In this document: positions 1 through 8,707 of the stretch, piece after piece | Position numbering within the stretch: the stretch's first letter is position 1 | How the letters are laid out: each line of letters starts with the position of its first letter | Assembly (NCBI GenBank): GCA_963716255.1 | Contig: OY970303.1 | Coordinates: 896,001 to 960,000, forward strand | Direction: 5' to 3' | Length of the DNA stretch: 64,000 bases | Source: an uncultured Gemmatimonadales bacterium | GTDB lineage: Bacteria; Gemmatimonadota; Gemmatimonadetes; Longimicrobiales; Longimicrobiaceae | Notes under the pieces: model-generated | What the model was told of the DNA's origin: nothing | Databases searched by the model: none | What the model saw: only the letters and a program-made list of their open reading frames with translations | Position numbers and translations under genes: made by a program

Positions 1-45
1 CGGGCGCTGCGCGTGCAGCCGAGCGAAGCGCTGCGCGTGGAGTAG
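1..45 (+). CDS. 3' end of a probable ABC transporter permease (MacB/FtsX-like), truncated by window start
   Basis: Frame 1 reads RALRVQPSEALRVE-stop, the typical RA.R..P.EALR.E C-terminus of this permease family; only 14 codons are visible. Confidence 0.5.
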   Translation, partial: RALRVQPSEALRVE

Positions 46-126
46 GGCCCGACCCACGACGATGAACGCGGAGAGCCCCGGCAGCGACGGCGCCGGGAGG
101 TCCCCGCGGACGCCAGCACGAAGCCT

Positions 127-259
127 GCGTGAGGGATGCGAGCGCGAAGCGGCGAGACCGCGCGGCTGTTTGCGCGGGCTCGCCTCCGTTGCACACGGTT
201 GTTTCGTGTGCTACGGAGCCGCAGCCCGACCCCGCGCCAGCGGGGGCACGCCCGAACCC
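127..259 (+). repeat. Dispersed multi-hairpin element family A, copy A1 (most diverged)
   Basis: GCGTGAGGGAT...GAGACCGCGC-GGCTGTTT-GCGCGGGCTC...CTCCGTT-GCACACG-GTTGTTT-CGTGTGC-TACGGAG...CACGCCCGAACCC; colinear with 7 other copies. Confidence 0.9.
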
Positions 260-362
260 ACGTACCTGTCTCCAATCCCTTGCCGTTTACGGATCCACGA
301 CTAAGATGCAGGGGTACACCGGCCACACACCGTGCCGCGATCTACACCCCTGGAGAACGTTC

Positions 363-2078
363 ATGCAACGAGTTCCGTATGCCGCCGCCGCCCTCCTCGC
401 GCTCGGGATCTCCGGGTGCGCGGCCGCGGCGACCGAGGAAACCTCCGCGCCGGCTCCCGCCGCCGCGCCGGCCGAGACCGCCCCGGACGGGGCCGCGCCC
501 TCCACGGCCATGACGACCATCGCCGACCGGCTCGCCAAGTACACCACGGTGCGCCTGACCGCGGACGTGTCGCGGCTGAGCGCCAGGGAGCGCCGGATGC
601 TCCCGCTGCTCATCGACGCGGCGCGCGAGCAGGACGGCATCTACTGGCGGCAGGCCTACGGCGACCGCGAGGCGCTGCTGGTGCGGGTCACGGACCCGGA
701 GATGCGCCGCTTCGTGGAGATCAACTACGGGCCCTGGGACCGCCTGGAGGGCGACGAGCCCTTCCTGCCGGGGGTGGGCGCCAAGCCGGCGGGGGCGGCC
801 TACTACCCGGCGGACATGACCAAGGAGGAGTTCGAGCGGGCGGTGGCCGGCGGGGGGGCGCGCGCGGACTCGCTGCGCAGCCTGTACACGCTGGTGAGCC
901 GCGACGCGTCGGGCGCGCTGGTGGCGACGCCGTTCTCGCGGGCGTACGCGGACGCCAACCGCCGCACGGCGGAGAAGCTGCGGGCCGCGGCGGCGCTGGC
1001 GGACGACGCGGGGCTGAAGCGCTACCTGACGCTGCGCGCGGACGCGCTGCTGAACGACCGGTACCAGGCCAGCGACCTGGCCTGGATGGACATGAAGAGC
1101 AACACGCTGGACGTGGTGATCGGGCCCATCGAGACGTACGAGGACCAGCTCTTCGGCTACAAGGCGTCCAACGAGGCGTACGTCCTCATCAAGGACCAGG
1201 ACTGGAGCCGCCGCCTTTCGCGCTACGTGTCCATGCTGCCGGCGCTGCAGCGCGGGATCCCGGTGGACCCGCGCTACAAGCAGGAGACGCCGGGGGCGGA
1301 GTCGGACCTGAACGCGTACGACGTGGTGTTCTACGCGGGGCAGGCGAACGCGGGCTCCAAGACCATCGCCATCAACCTGCCCAACGACGAGCAGGTGCAG
1401 CTGCAGAAGGGCACCCGCCGGCTGCAGCTCAAGAACGCGATGCGGGCCAAGTTCGACAAGATCCTGGTGCCGATCGCGCAGGAGCTGGTCGCGGCGGACC
1501 AGATCCCCATGGTCACCTTCGACGCGTTCTTCGGGAACGTGATGTTCCACGAGGTGGCGCACGGCCTGGGGATCAAGAACACCATCAACGGCCGCGGCAC
1601 GGTGCGCGAGGCGCTCAAGGAGCGGGCGAGCGCGCTGGAGGAGGGCAAGGCGGACATCCTGGGCCTGTACATGGTGCAGCAGCTGAACCGCCAGGGCGAG
1701 CTGCGCGGCGAGGACATCCGCAACAACTACGTGGCCTTCCTGGCGAGCCTGTTCCGCTCCATCCGCTTCGGGGCGTCGAGCGCGCACGGCCGCGCCAACG
1801 TGGCGGCGTTCAACTACATGCAGGCGAAGGGCGCCTTCACCCGCGGCGCGGACGGCAAGTACCGCGTGGACTTCCCCCGCATGGAGGCGGCGATGAACGC
1901 GCTGGCCCAGGACATCCTGGTGATGCAGGGCAACGGCGACTACGCGGGTGTGGGCCAGTTCACGGAGCAGTACGGCAAGGTGAGCCCGCAGCTCCAGGCC
2001 GACCTGGACCGCCTGGGGAGCAAGGGGATCCCGGTGGACATCGTCTTCGAGCAGGGCGCGTCGGTGCTGGGGCTGTAG
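363..2078 (+). CDS. Peptidase family M49 (dipeptidyl peptidase III-like) lipoprotein
   Basis: Lipobox (ISGC), GPIETYED, AINLPND, HEVAH zinc motif and EEGKAD; start moved to ATG 363 because the ORF-track extension runs through repeat A1. Confidence 0.85.
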   Translation: MQRVPYAAAALLALGISGCAAAATEETSAPAPAAAPAETAPDGAAPSTAMTTIADRLAKYTTVRLTADVSRLSARERRMLPLLIDAAREQDGIYWRQAYGDREALLVRVTDPEMRRFVEINYGPWDRLEGDEPFLPGVGAKPAGAAYYPADMTKEEFERAVAGGGARADSLRSLYTLVSRDASGALVATPFSRAYADANRRTAEKLRAAAALADDAGLKRYLTLRADALLNDRYQASDLAWMDMKSNTLDVVIGPIETYEDQLFGYKASNEAYVLIKDQDWSRRLSRYVSMLPALQRGIPVDPRYKQETPGAESDLNAYDVVFYAGQANAGSKTIAINLPNDEQVQLQKGTRRLQLKNAMRAKFDKILVPIAQELVAADQIPMVTFDAFFGNVMFHEVAHGLGIKNTINGRGTVREALKERASALEEGKADILGLYMVQQLNRQGELRGEDIRNNYVAFLASLFRSIRFGASSAHGRANVAAFNYMQAKGAFTRGADGKYRVDFPRMEAAMNALAQDILVMQGNGDYAGVGQFTEQYGKVSPQLQADLDRLGSKGIPVDIVFEQGASVLGL

Positions 2079-2098
2079 GCCACGGCGCAGCCGGATGG

Positions 2099-2139
2099 AG
2101 CGCCGCCGCGGCTCATGCCGCGGCGGCGCTTTCGTTTTC
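2099..2139 (+). terminator. Rho-independent terminator
   Basis: AGCGCCGCCGCGGC-TCAT-GCCGCGGCGGCGCT hairpin followed by TTCGTTTT. Confidence 0.6.
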
Positions 2140-2254
2140 GCGCCGGGGGTCTGGCGGGTTTCCCTCCGCGCTGCATTTTACGGGGGCGAAGACCGCGCAC
2201 CGCGGGCGGGGGCAGGCGTGCTCCGCGCCGGACCCCTCATCCCCTGGAGGAGCC

Positions 2255-3178
2255 ATGAAGACACGCTGGATCGCCGCGGTCGTGCTGGCCGGGCAGCTCG
2301 CCGCCCAGCCGGCGTACGCGTGGGACGAGATCGGCCACGAGGTGATCGCCCGGATCGCCTGGGAAAGCATGAGCCCGGAGGCGCGCGCGGCCGCCGCGGC
2401 GCTGCTCTCCAACGCGCCGGAGGACTCGGGGCTCCTGGCGCTCAACCCCGGGTCGGGGGCGGAAAGCAGCCGCCGCCGCACCTTCTTCGTGGAGGCCAGC
2501 ACCTGGCCGGACATCGTCCGCGACGACGCCTTTCCGCTGCGGCGCCGCGCCTACCACCACGGCAGCTGGCACTACGTCAACTACTTCTTCGAGAGCACGC
2601 CCGAGGGGCCGCGCGACCGCCCGGACGTTCCCCAGAACAGCGTCAACGTGGTGGAGCGGCTGGAAAAGCTGCGGGCCTCGGTCGTGGACCTGAAGCGGCC
2701 GTCGGCGGAGCGCGCGGTGGACCTGGCGTGGATCCTCCACCTGGTGGGCGACGTGCACCAGCCGCTGCACACCACGGCCCGCATCACCGCGGAGGCGCCC
2801 CGCGGCGACCAGGGCGGCAACCTGTTCCGGATGAACGGCCCGGCCAACCTGCACTCGTACTGGGACGGCGCCCTGACCCGGTCGCTGCGCCGCAACCGGA
2901 ACGAGGGCGAGCAGGCGTACGTGTCCCGCATCGCGAGCGCCGTCATGTACCAGCACCCGCGCAGCGCGTTCACCCCGGCGCAGCTGGACTCGCTCCCCCC
3001 CGAGCAGTGGGCCCGCGCGGGCTTCGCGACCGCGAAGACGCAGGCCTACGCCACCCCCGAGGGCCGGGCTCCCAGCGCGGAGTACCAGGACGCCACCCTC
3101 GTCACCACGAAGCAGGCAGCCGCGCTGGCGGGCTACCGCCTGGCGCGGATGCTCGACCGGCTGCTGGCGGGGAGCTGA
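2255..3178 (+). CDS. S1/P1 nuclease, secreted
   Basis: GGAGGA RBS; signal peptide ending AYA then W-x-x-x-G-H; WPDIVR, WHYVN, HLVGDVHQPLH, DQGGN, NLHSYWD, AGYRLA motifs. Confidence 0.9.
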   Translation: MKTRWIAAVVLAGQLAAQPAYAWDEIGHEVIARIAWESMSPEARAAAAALLSNAPEDSGLLALNPGSGAESSRRRTFFVEASTWPDIVRDDAFPLRRRAYHHGSWHYVNYFFESTPEGPRDRPDVPQNSVNVVERLEKLRASVVDLKRPSAERAVDLAWILHLVGDVHQPLHTTARITAEAPRGDQGGNLFRMNGPANLHSYWDGALTRSLRRNRNEGEQAYVSRIASAVMYQHPRSAFTPAQLDSLPPEQWARAGFATAKTQAYATPEGRAPSAEYQDATLVTTKQAAALAGYRLARMLDRLLAGS

Positions 3179-3241
3179 GCGGACGAGCGACCTTCCCGGA
3201 CCGGCCCGAGGTCCGGGGCCCACCTTCTCCGGAGCCCCGAC

Positions 3242-4600
3242 ATGATCTCTGAACCACAGAAGGAAGAGCGGCGCGACCTCTGCTTCGTCCTGATGCCCTT
3301 CGGGAAGAAGCCCGACGGCGCGGGCAAGGAGATCGACTTCGACGCGGTGTACCGCGAGCTGATCGCGCCCGCCATCGAGGACGCGGGGCTGGAGCCGCTC
3401 CGCGCCGACGAGGAATCGGTGGGAGGGATCATCCACAAGCCGATGTTCGAGCGGCTCGTGCTCTGCAAGTTCGCGGTGGCCGACCTGACGACCGCGAACG
3501 CCAACGTGTTCTACGAGCTGGGCGTGCGGCACACGGCCCGGCCGTGGAGCACGGTCTCCATCTTCGCGGAAGGGAGCCGCCTCCCGTTCGACCTCAACTA
3601 CCTTCGCTCGCTTCCATACGCCCTGGGACCCGGGGGGACGCCCACGGACGTGGAAAAGCCCCGGGCGTCGCTCGCCGGTCTCCTGCGGAAGGCCCGCGAG
3701 GCGGCCGCGGACAACCCCGCCGTGGACTCCCCGCTCTTTCAGCTCCTGGACGGCTTCCCGGAAATAGGCCACGAGCGGACCGACGTGTTCCGCGAGCAGG
3801 TGGAGTATTCGGCGAGGCGGAAGCGGGAGCTCCGCGAAGCGCGCCGGCAGGGCGTCGCCGCGGTGCGAGCCGTGGAGGACACCCTCGGCGACCTGGACAA
3901 CGTGGAGGCGGGGGTACTGGTGGACCTGCTCCTTTCCTACCGGGCGGTCTCCGCGTGGGAGGACGTGGTGCGCCTGGTGGGGGACAGGCTTCCCGGCGTG
4001 CTTGCCGGCACGGTCCTGGTGCGGGAGCAGTACGCCCTCGCCCTGAACCGCGTGAAAAGAAGGGCCGACGCAGAGCAGGTGCTCACGGAGCTCATCGACG
4101 AGCGCGGCCCCAGCAGCGAGACGTACGGAATCCTGGGCCGCGTCTACAAGGACCAGTGGGAGGAAGCCCTCGAAGCCGGGAAGACCGACCTCGCGGCGGG
4201 CCTCCTGGAGCAGGCGACGGAAGCCTACCTCCGCGGCTTCGAAACCGACTGGCGCGACGCATACCCGGGGGTGAACGTTCTCACCCTCATGGAGATCGCG
4301 GACCCGCCCGACCCGCGCCGCGCGAAGCTTCTCCCGGTCGTTTCATACGCGGTGGAAAGGAGGATCGCGAACGGGAAGCCGGACTACTGGGACCACGCGA
4401 CCCGGCTGGAGATCGGCGTCCTGGAGAACGACCGGGCCAAGGCGGAGGAGACCCTTCGCCGCTCGCTGGTCAACATGCGCGAGAAGTGGGAGGGCGAGAC
4501 CACCGCCCGCAACCTGCGGCTCATCCGCGAGGCCCGCGAGCGGCGCGGCGAGGACGCCGCCTGGATCGCCGACCTGGAGAAGCGGCTGGCGCCGGCGTAG
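3242..4600 (+). CDS. DUF4071 / MAP3K TRAFs-binding-domain protein (nucleoside deoxyribosyltransferase-like N-domain + TPR region)
   Basis: CFVLMPFG...RADEE...ADLTTANANVFYELGVRH N-domain; LLLSYRAVSAW, YALALNR, SETYGILGRVYKD, YPGVN, DYWDHAT, WEGETTARNL. Confidence 0.8.
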   Translation: MISEPQKEERRDLCFVLMPFGKKPDGAGKEIDFDAVYRELIAPAIEDAGLEPLRADEESVGGIIHKPMFERLVLCKFAVADLTTANANVFYELGVRHTARPWSTVSIFAEGSRLPFDLNYLRSLPYALGPGGTPTDVEKPRASLAGLLRKAREAAADNPAVDSPLFQLLDGFPEIGHERTDVFREQVEYSARRKRELREARRQGVAAVRAVEDTLGDLDNVEAGVLVDLLLSYRAVSAWEDVVRLVGDRLPGVLAGTVLVREQYALALNRVKRRADAEQVLTELIDERGPSSETYGILGRVYKDQWEEALEAGKTDLAAGLLEQATEAYLRGFETDWRDAYPGVNVLTLMEIADPPDPRRAKLLPVVSYAVERRIANGKPDYWDHATRLEIGVLENDRAKAEETLRRSLVNMREKWEGETTARNLRLIREARERRGEDAAWIADLEKRLAPA

Positions 4601-4630
4601 GCACGGGCGGCCGGCGGCGCGCAGCCCGCG

Positions 4631-5539
4631 TCACATCTCCACGTGCTCCTGCTCGGCGGCGCCGCGCATCCTCGCGCGGCGCCCCGCCAGCGCGCTCAGC
4701 GCCACCCCCGCGAAGATCAGCCCCGCGGCCGGGAGCAGGCGCGGCGACAGGCGCTCCCCCAGGACCGGTCCGGCCAGCAGCGCCGTCACCACCGGCTGGA
4801 GGTACACGTAGATGGCCACCACGCTGGACTCCACCCGCTTGAGCGCCCACACGTTGAGGTAGTACGCCAGCACCGTGGGAAACACCACGATCCACGCCAG
4901 CACCGCCCAGGTGGTCCCCGACACCGGCCCCGTCTCGGCGAGCAGCGACGGCAGCCCCCAGGGGACGATCCCCGCCGCGCCGAACACGAACACCCAGGTG
5001 ATGACGGTGAGCGGGTCGTAGCGCTGCACCACGCCGCGCGAGACCACCAGGTACAGCGAGAACGCCACCACGTTGAGGAGCGCCAGCAGGTTCCCCACCC
5101 CGCTCCCCGAGCCGAAGTCCACCCCCACCAGGTACAGCACCCCCGACGCCGCCAGCGCGATCCCCACCCACTTGCCGGGCGAGGACGATTCCCGCCCCAG
5201 GAGCAGGGCGATCAGCAGCGTGAACGCCGGCCCCGCCGTCTGCAGCATCTGCGCGGCGGTGGCGGTGGTGAGGGTGAGCGCGGTGATGTACAGGAGCTGG
5301 TTGGCCACCACGCCCAGCAGCGCGAAGCCGGCCAGCAGCGCGTAGTCGCGCCGGGAGCGCACCCGCTCCCGCACCAGCGCGAGCTGGAGGACGACGAAGA
5401 GGAGCGCCGCGCCGGTCACCCGGAGCAGCGCCAGCGAGGGGCTGGACAGGTCGCGCAGCGCCAGCTTCACCCCGATGGGGAGGGTGGCGAAGATCACCTG
5501 CGTCGCCAGCAGGACCACGTACACGGGGGACGGCTTCAC
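4631..5539 (-). CDS. DMT/EamA family transporter
   Basis: About 10 hydrophobic helices in two EamA repeats (YLQPVVTALLA..LGE); GTG start chosen at 5539. Confidence 0.85.
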   Translation of the reverse strand: MKPSPVYVVLLATQVIFATLPIGVKLALRDLSSPSLALLRVTGAALLFVVLQLALVRERVRSRRDYALLAGFALLGVVANQLLYITALTLTTATAAQMLQTAGPAFTLLIALLLGRESSSPGKWVGIALAASGVLYLVGVDFGSGSGVGNLLALLNVVAFSLYLVVSRGVVQRYDPLTVITWVFVFGAAGIVPWGLPSLLAETGPVSGTTWAVLAWIVVFPTVLAYYLNVWALKRVESSVVAIYVYLQPVVTALLAGPVLGERLSPRLLPAAGLIFAGVALSALAGRRARMRGAAEQEHVEM

Positions 5540-5763
5540 GCGCCACCGGCGGTGGGGGACGGAAAACGAGCGTCCGGCCCCCTCGCGCGGGGGCCGGACG
5601 CACGGGGCGGCCTGCGCGCCGGGAACCGGGCCGGCGCGGCACAAGACTACCCGGTCGCCGCCCGGGTGTCCACCCCGCCCGGGGCCTTTCCCCGGCGGCG
5701 GGGGGCCCGTATCTTGCGCCGCCTCGAAGCACCCAATCCAGTGACCGAACCGCGGGAGGAACG

Positions 5764-6150
5764 ATGGAGCACCACCACGATCACGACGACCACGAGCACG
5801 GCGACGGCGAGAGCTTCGGCATGGCCCTCGGCTTCCGCATCTTCGAGGACGACGGCCAGCTCTTCCTCGCGGAGGTGGAGATCACCCCGTACGTGGACGA
5901 GCCCACCGCGCTGGGGGCGACCCTGGTCTTCCACCCGCTGAGCGGCATCGACCCCACCTCGCCCGACCAGGAGGGCGACGCCGAGGCGTGGCCCGTGGAC
6001 GTGGACGACGACCTGGACCGCGACACCGGCGCTCCCATCCCGGAGCAGTTCATGGCGATCGCCCGCCAGGCGGGCCGCTTCACCGAGGAGCAGCTGCGCG
6101 ACTACCTCGCCCTCGCCCGCGAGGAGCAGGAGGACGTCGGGGCGGAGTAG
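5764..6150 (+). CDS. Hypothetical acidic protein with His-rich N-terminus
   Basis: GGAGGA RBS, good codon usage, MEHHHDHDDHEH start. Confidence 0.75.
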   Translation: MEHHHDHDDHEHGDGESFGMALGFRIFEDDGQLFLAEVEITPYVDEPTALGATLVFHPLSGIDPTSPDQEGDAEAWPVDVDDDLDRDTGAPIPEQFMAIARQAGRFTEEQLRDYLALAREEQEDVGAE

Positions 6151-6179
6151 GCTCTCCGCCGCTCGACACTCGACGCGCC

Positions 6180-6224
6180 GCGGGGGCGGCGGATCACACG
6201 ATCCGCCGCCCCCGCCGCTTTTCC
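6180..6224 (+). terminator. Rho-independent terminator
   Basis: CGGGGGCGGCGGATC-ACAC-GATCCGCCGCCCCCG hairpin, then CTTTT. Confidence 0.55.
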
Positions 6225-6234
6225 GCGAGCCGAC

Positions 6235-6370
6235 GGCCCCACCCGGCGGCCTTAGAGCCGCCACCCTCCCCCAATTCTGGCGGAGGGCTTCCTGATCCCC
6301 GCCTCCCGCGTGTCGTGCTCCCCCTTTCCCCCGCTTGCGGGGGAGAGGGGGTCGGGGGGTGAGGGGGCCC
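6235..6370. repeat. REP-like palindromes D (GGCCCCACCCGGCGGCCTTAGAGCCGCCACCCTCCCCCAATTCTGG) and C (CCCCCGCTTGCGGGGGAGAGGGGG..GGGGGGTGAGGG)
   Basis: Near-identical copies at 40173-40313; related copies at 14081, 25509, 34295, 47541, 49611. Confidence 0.85.
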
Positions 6371-6397
6371 GCACTCGCGGACGCCAGCGCGAACCCC

Positions 6398-6532
6398 GCG
6401 TGAGGGATTCCGGCCCGAAGGGGCGAGACCCGCGGGCAGTTTCGCGGGGCTCGACTCCGTTAGCCCGCGTTGTTTGCGGGCTTACGGAGCCGAAGCCCGA
6501 CCCCGGCGCCCGCCGGGGGCACGCCCGAACCC
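6398..6532 (+). repeat. Family A element, copy A2
   Basis: Full colinear copy; stems CCCGCG/CGCGGG and AGCCCGC/GCGGGCT. Confidence 0.95.
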
Positions 6533-6537
6533 ACGAT

Positions 6538-8472
6538 TCAAACCCGCTCCAGCTCCTCCCGCAGCACCCGCCGCAGCGCTTCCGCGAACCCGCCGATGAA
6601 ATCCACCCTGCCCCGCCGCGACGCGAGAAACGGGTCCATCACCGTGCAGCGGATCACGCTCACCCCGCCCGCCTCCAGGTAGTCCTCGTGGCGGAAGCCC
6701 AGCCCTTCCACCACCGGGTCCGCCGCGCGCCCGTACTCCGCCGCGCGCAGCACCGTCTTGGTGACGAAGTAGTCCAGCGCCCGCGCCGGGTGGGTCTCGG
6801 ACACGCTCATGGCCCGGTAGACGCGGTCCGCGAAGGCGTTGGTGGCCTCCAGCCCCGCGAGCGCCGGGTGCCCCACGGCGAAGCAGACGATGTTGATGTC
6901 CGGCGTGGGGAGCAGCACCAGCCGGAAGGGCGCCCACTCGCCCATGGCCAGCCGGCGGTGCAGCATCAGCGCCCCGCGCGCCGTTTCCCCCACCAGGCGG
7001 CCGTAGCCGCGCGAGTCCAGCGGCAGCACCTTGTGCGACATCCACACCCCCGCCGCCGCCGCGCCCGGCTTGGAGCCCTCGAAGATGAAGCGGCCGATGT
7101 ACCCCCACTCCGACGCGCCCCGGTGGAACAGGTACGGCGCCTCCACCGCCACCAGGTCGCGCACCCGCCGGTCGCGGAAGGAGACCGCCCCCGCCGGGTA
7201 GGGGATGAACCCCAGCTTGTGCGGGTCGATGGTGACGGAGTCCGTGCGCTCCAGCGCGGTGAGCGCGCGGTATACCCCCTCCTCCGGCCACGCCTCCGGC
7301 GCGTAGTCCGCCAGCGTGTCCTCGTACGAGCGCCGCGCGCCGTCCGCGCCCCGGGTGATGGAGGCCGCGTAGCCGCCCCACGCCGCGTCCGCGTGGAGGT
7401 GGAACGCCACCCCCAGCTCCCGCCCCGCGCGCTCCCGGACGTCGGCGAGCAGGTCCAGCCGGTCCACCGCGCTCTCCTCCGTGGTGCCGATCACCGACAC
7501 CGCCGCGATGATGGGGGTGCTCCGCTCCGCCAGCGTGCGCACCCGCTCCTCGAACGCTTCCGGGTCCATGCGGAAGCGGCGGTCCACCGGCACGTGCACC
7601 AGCTGCGCCGCCCCGATCCCCAGCGCCCGGCAGATCTTTTCCCACGAGTAGTGCGCCGTGGAGGGCACCAGCACCACCCCCGACGCCAGCGCGTCCCCGA
7701 ACCCCGAGTGCAGCCGCCGCCCGAACTCCTGGTAGCCCAGCCCCGCCAGCGAGTGGCGGCGCATCACCTCCAGCGTCTGGTACACGTCGCCCGCCCACCC
7801 CTGGAGCGCCGCCGCCGCGTCCAGCGCGTCGTCCGGGGCCAGGTTGAGGAGCCGCCACAGGTCCAGCTCCAGCAGGTTGGCCGATTCACCGCCGGGGAGC
7901 CGCACCGGGATGTCGTCGGCACCCATCTCCTCCGCGGCCCAGCGGGTCTCCACCGGCAAGTACTTGACGTTGCGGGCCACCCAGAGTGCCTCGAAGTTGG
8001 CGACCGTCCCCCCCGAGGTCAGGTGCCCCCACTGCCGCTCGGTGTCGTAGCCGATCATGCGCGCCAGCTGGTCCGCCACCTCCAGCTCCATGCGCGTGGT
8101 CACCGGCGACGCCTCCGCGGCCACGTTGTTGGGGTTGTAGAGCATGGTGGCGAAGTACCCGATCAGGCTGGCCATGGTCAGGTCCGACGACATGTGCCCG
8201 ATGTAGCGCGGGCTGAAGAACGGCACCCCCGCCTTGAGCTCGCCCAGCAGGCCCATCAGCTCCTGCGACAGCGTGGAGATGGAGTGCTCGTAGTCGGGCG
8301 AGTGCTTTTCCGTCTCGCGGACGATGAAGCCGTCCTCCGGGTGGAAGTTGCGGCGCCAGAAGACGTGGTCGCGGAACGCCTCCAGCAGCAGGCGCTCGAA
8401 GGTCTCGGCGTTCTCGCCCTTGGGGCCCAGGAAGATGGAGCCCAGGTCCAGGCCGTTCTGTCGATCCGTCAT
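6538..8472 (-). CDS. Group II PLP-dependent decarboxylase (tyrosine decarboxylase-like)
   Basis: FLGPKGEN, PRYIGHM, YNPNN, GGTVANFEALW, HYSW.K, HADAAWGGY, DPHK (PLP lysine), EGSKPG; start at ATG 8472 because the upstream extension lies in repeat B1. Confidence 0.9.
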   Translation of the reverse strand: MTDRQNGLDLGSIFLGPKGENAETFERLLLEAFRDHVFWRRNFHPEDGFIVRETEKHSPDYEHSISTLSQELMGLLGELKAGVPFFSPRYIGHMSSDLTMASLIGYFATMLYNPNNVAAEASPVTTRMELEVADQLARMIGYDTERQWGHLTSGGTVANFEALWVARNVKYLPVETRWAAEEMGADDIPVRLPGGESANLLELDLWRLLNLAPDDALDAAAALQGWAGDVYQTLEVMRRHSLAGLGYQEFGRRLHSGFGDALASGVVLVPSTAHYSWEKICRALGIGAAQLVHVPVDRRFRMDPEAFEERVRTLAERSTPIIAAVSVIGTTEESAVDRLDLLADVRERAGRELGVAFHLHADAAWGGYAASITRGADGARRSYEDTLADYAPEAWPEEGVYRALTALERTDSVTIDPHKLGFIPYPAGAVSFRDRRVRDLVAVEAPYLFHRGASEWGYIGRFIFEGSKPGAAAAGVWMSHKVLPLDSRGYGRLVGETARGALMLHRRLAMGEWAPFRLVLLPTPDINIVCFAVGHPALAGLEATNAFADRVYRAMSVSETHPARALDYFVTKTVLRAAEYGRAADPVVEGLGFRHEDYLEAGGVSVIRCTVMDPFLASRRGRVDFIGGFAEALRRVLREELERV

Positions 8473-8519
8473 CGTCTTGCCACGCTTCCTTGGCTGAATG
8501 CCGCTTCGTCGGGTTCGGC

Positions 8520-8675
8520 GGGCCGCTACGGAGCCCGGGCAAACTGCGCCCGGTCTCCTGCGCGGGCTCCGGGAGCCCCGCCAAACCGCCGGCGGGTCTC
8601 CCTGCGCCGGAGTGAGCCTCGCCAAACAGCCGGCGAGTCTCCCTCCGAACAGAATCATGTGGGTACTGCGGAACC
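8520..8675 (+). repeat. Dispersed triple-hairpin element family B, copy B1
   Basis: Three GAGC-stem-AAACNGC(C)-stem-TCTC units; colinear with 34098-34251 and 45071-45230. Confidence 0.9.
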
Positions 8676-8707
8676 GCGAACAGCCACGGCTCGCGGGGGA
8701 GGGGTCG

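Noticed and set aside
6398..6532. Recurrent peptide RDFGPKGRDRAAVCAGSTPL...TEPKPDPGASRGHAR in several ORFs
   Set aside because: It is simply the translation of repeat family A in varying frames and strands; conservation is at the hairpin level, not the codon level
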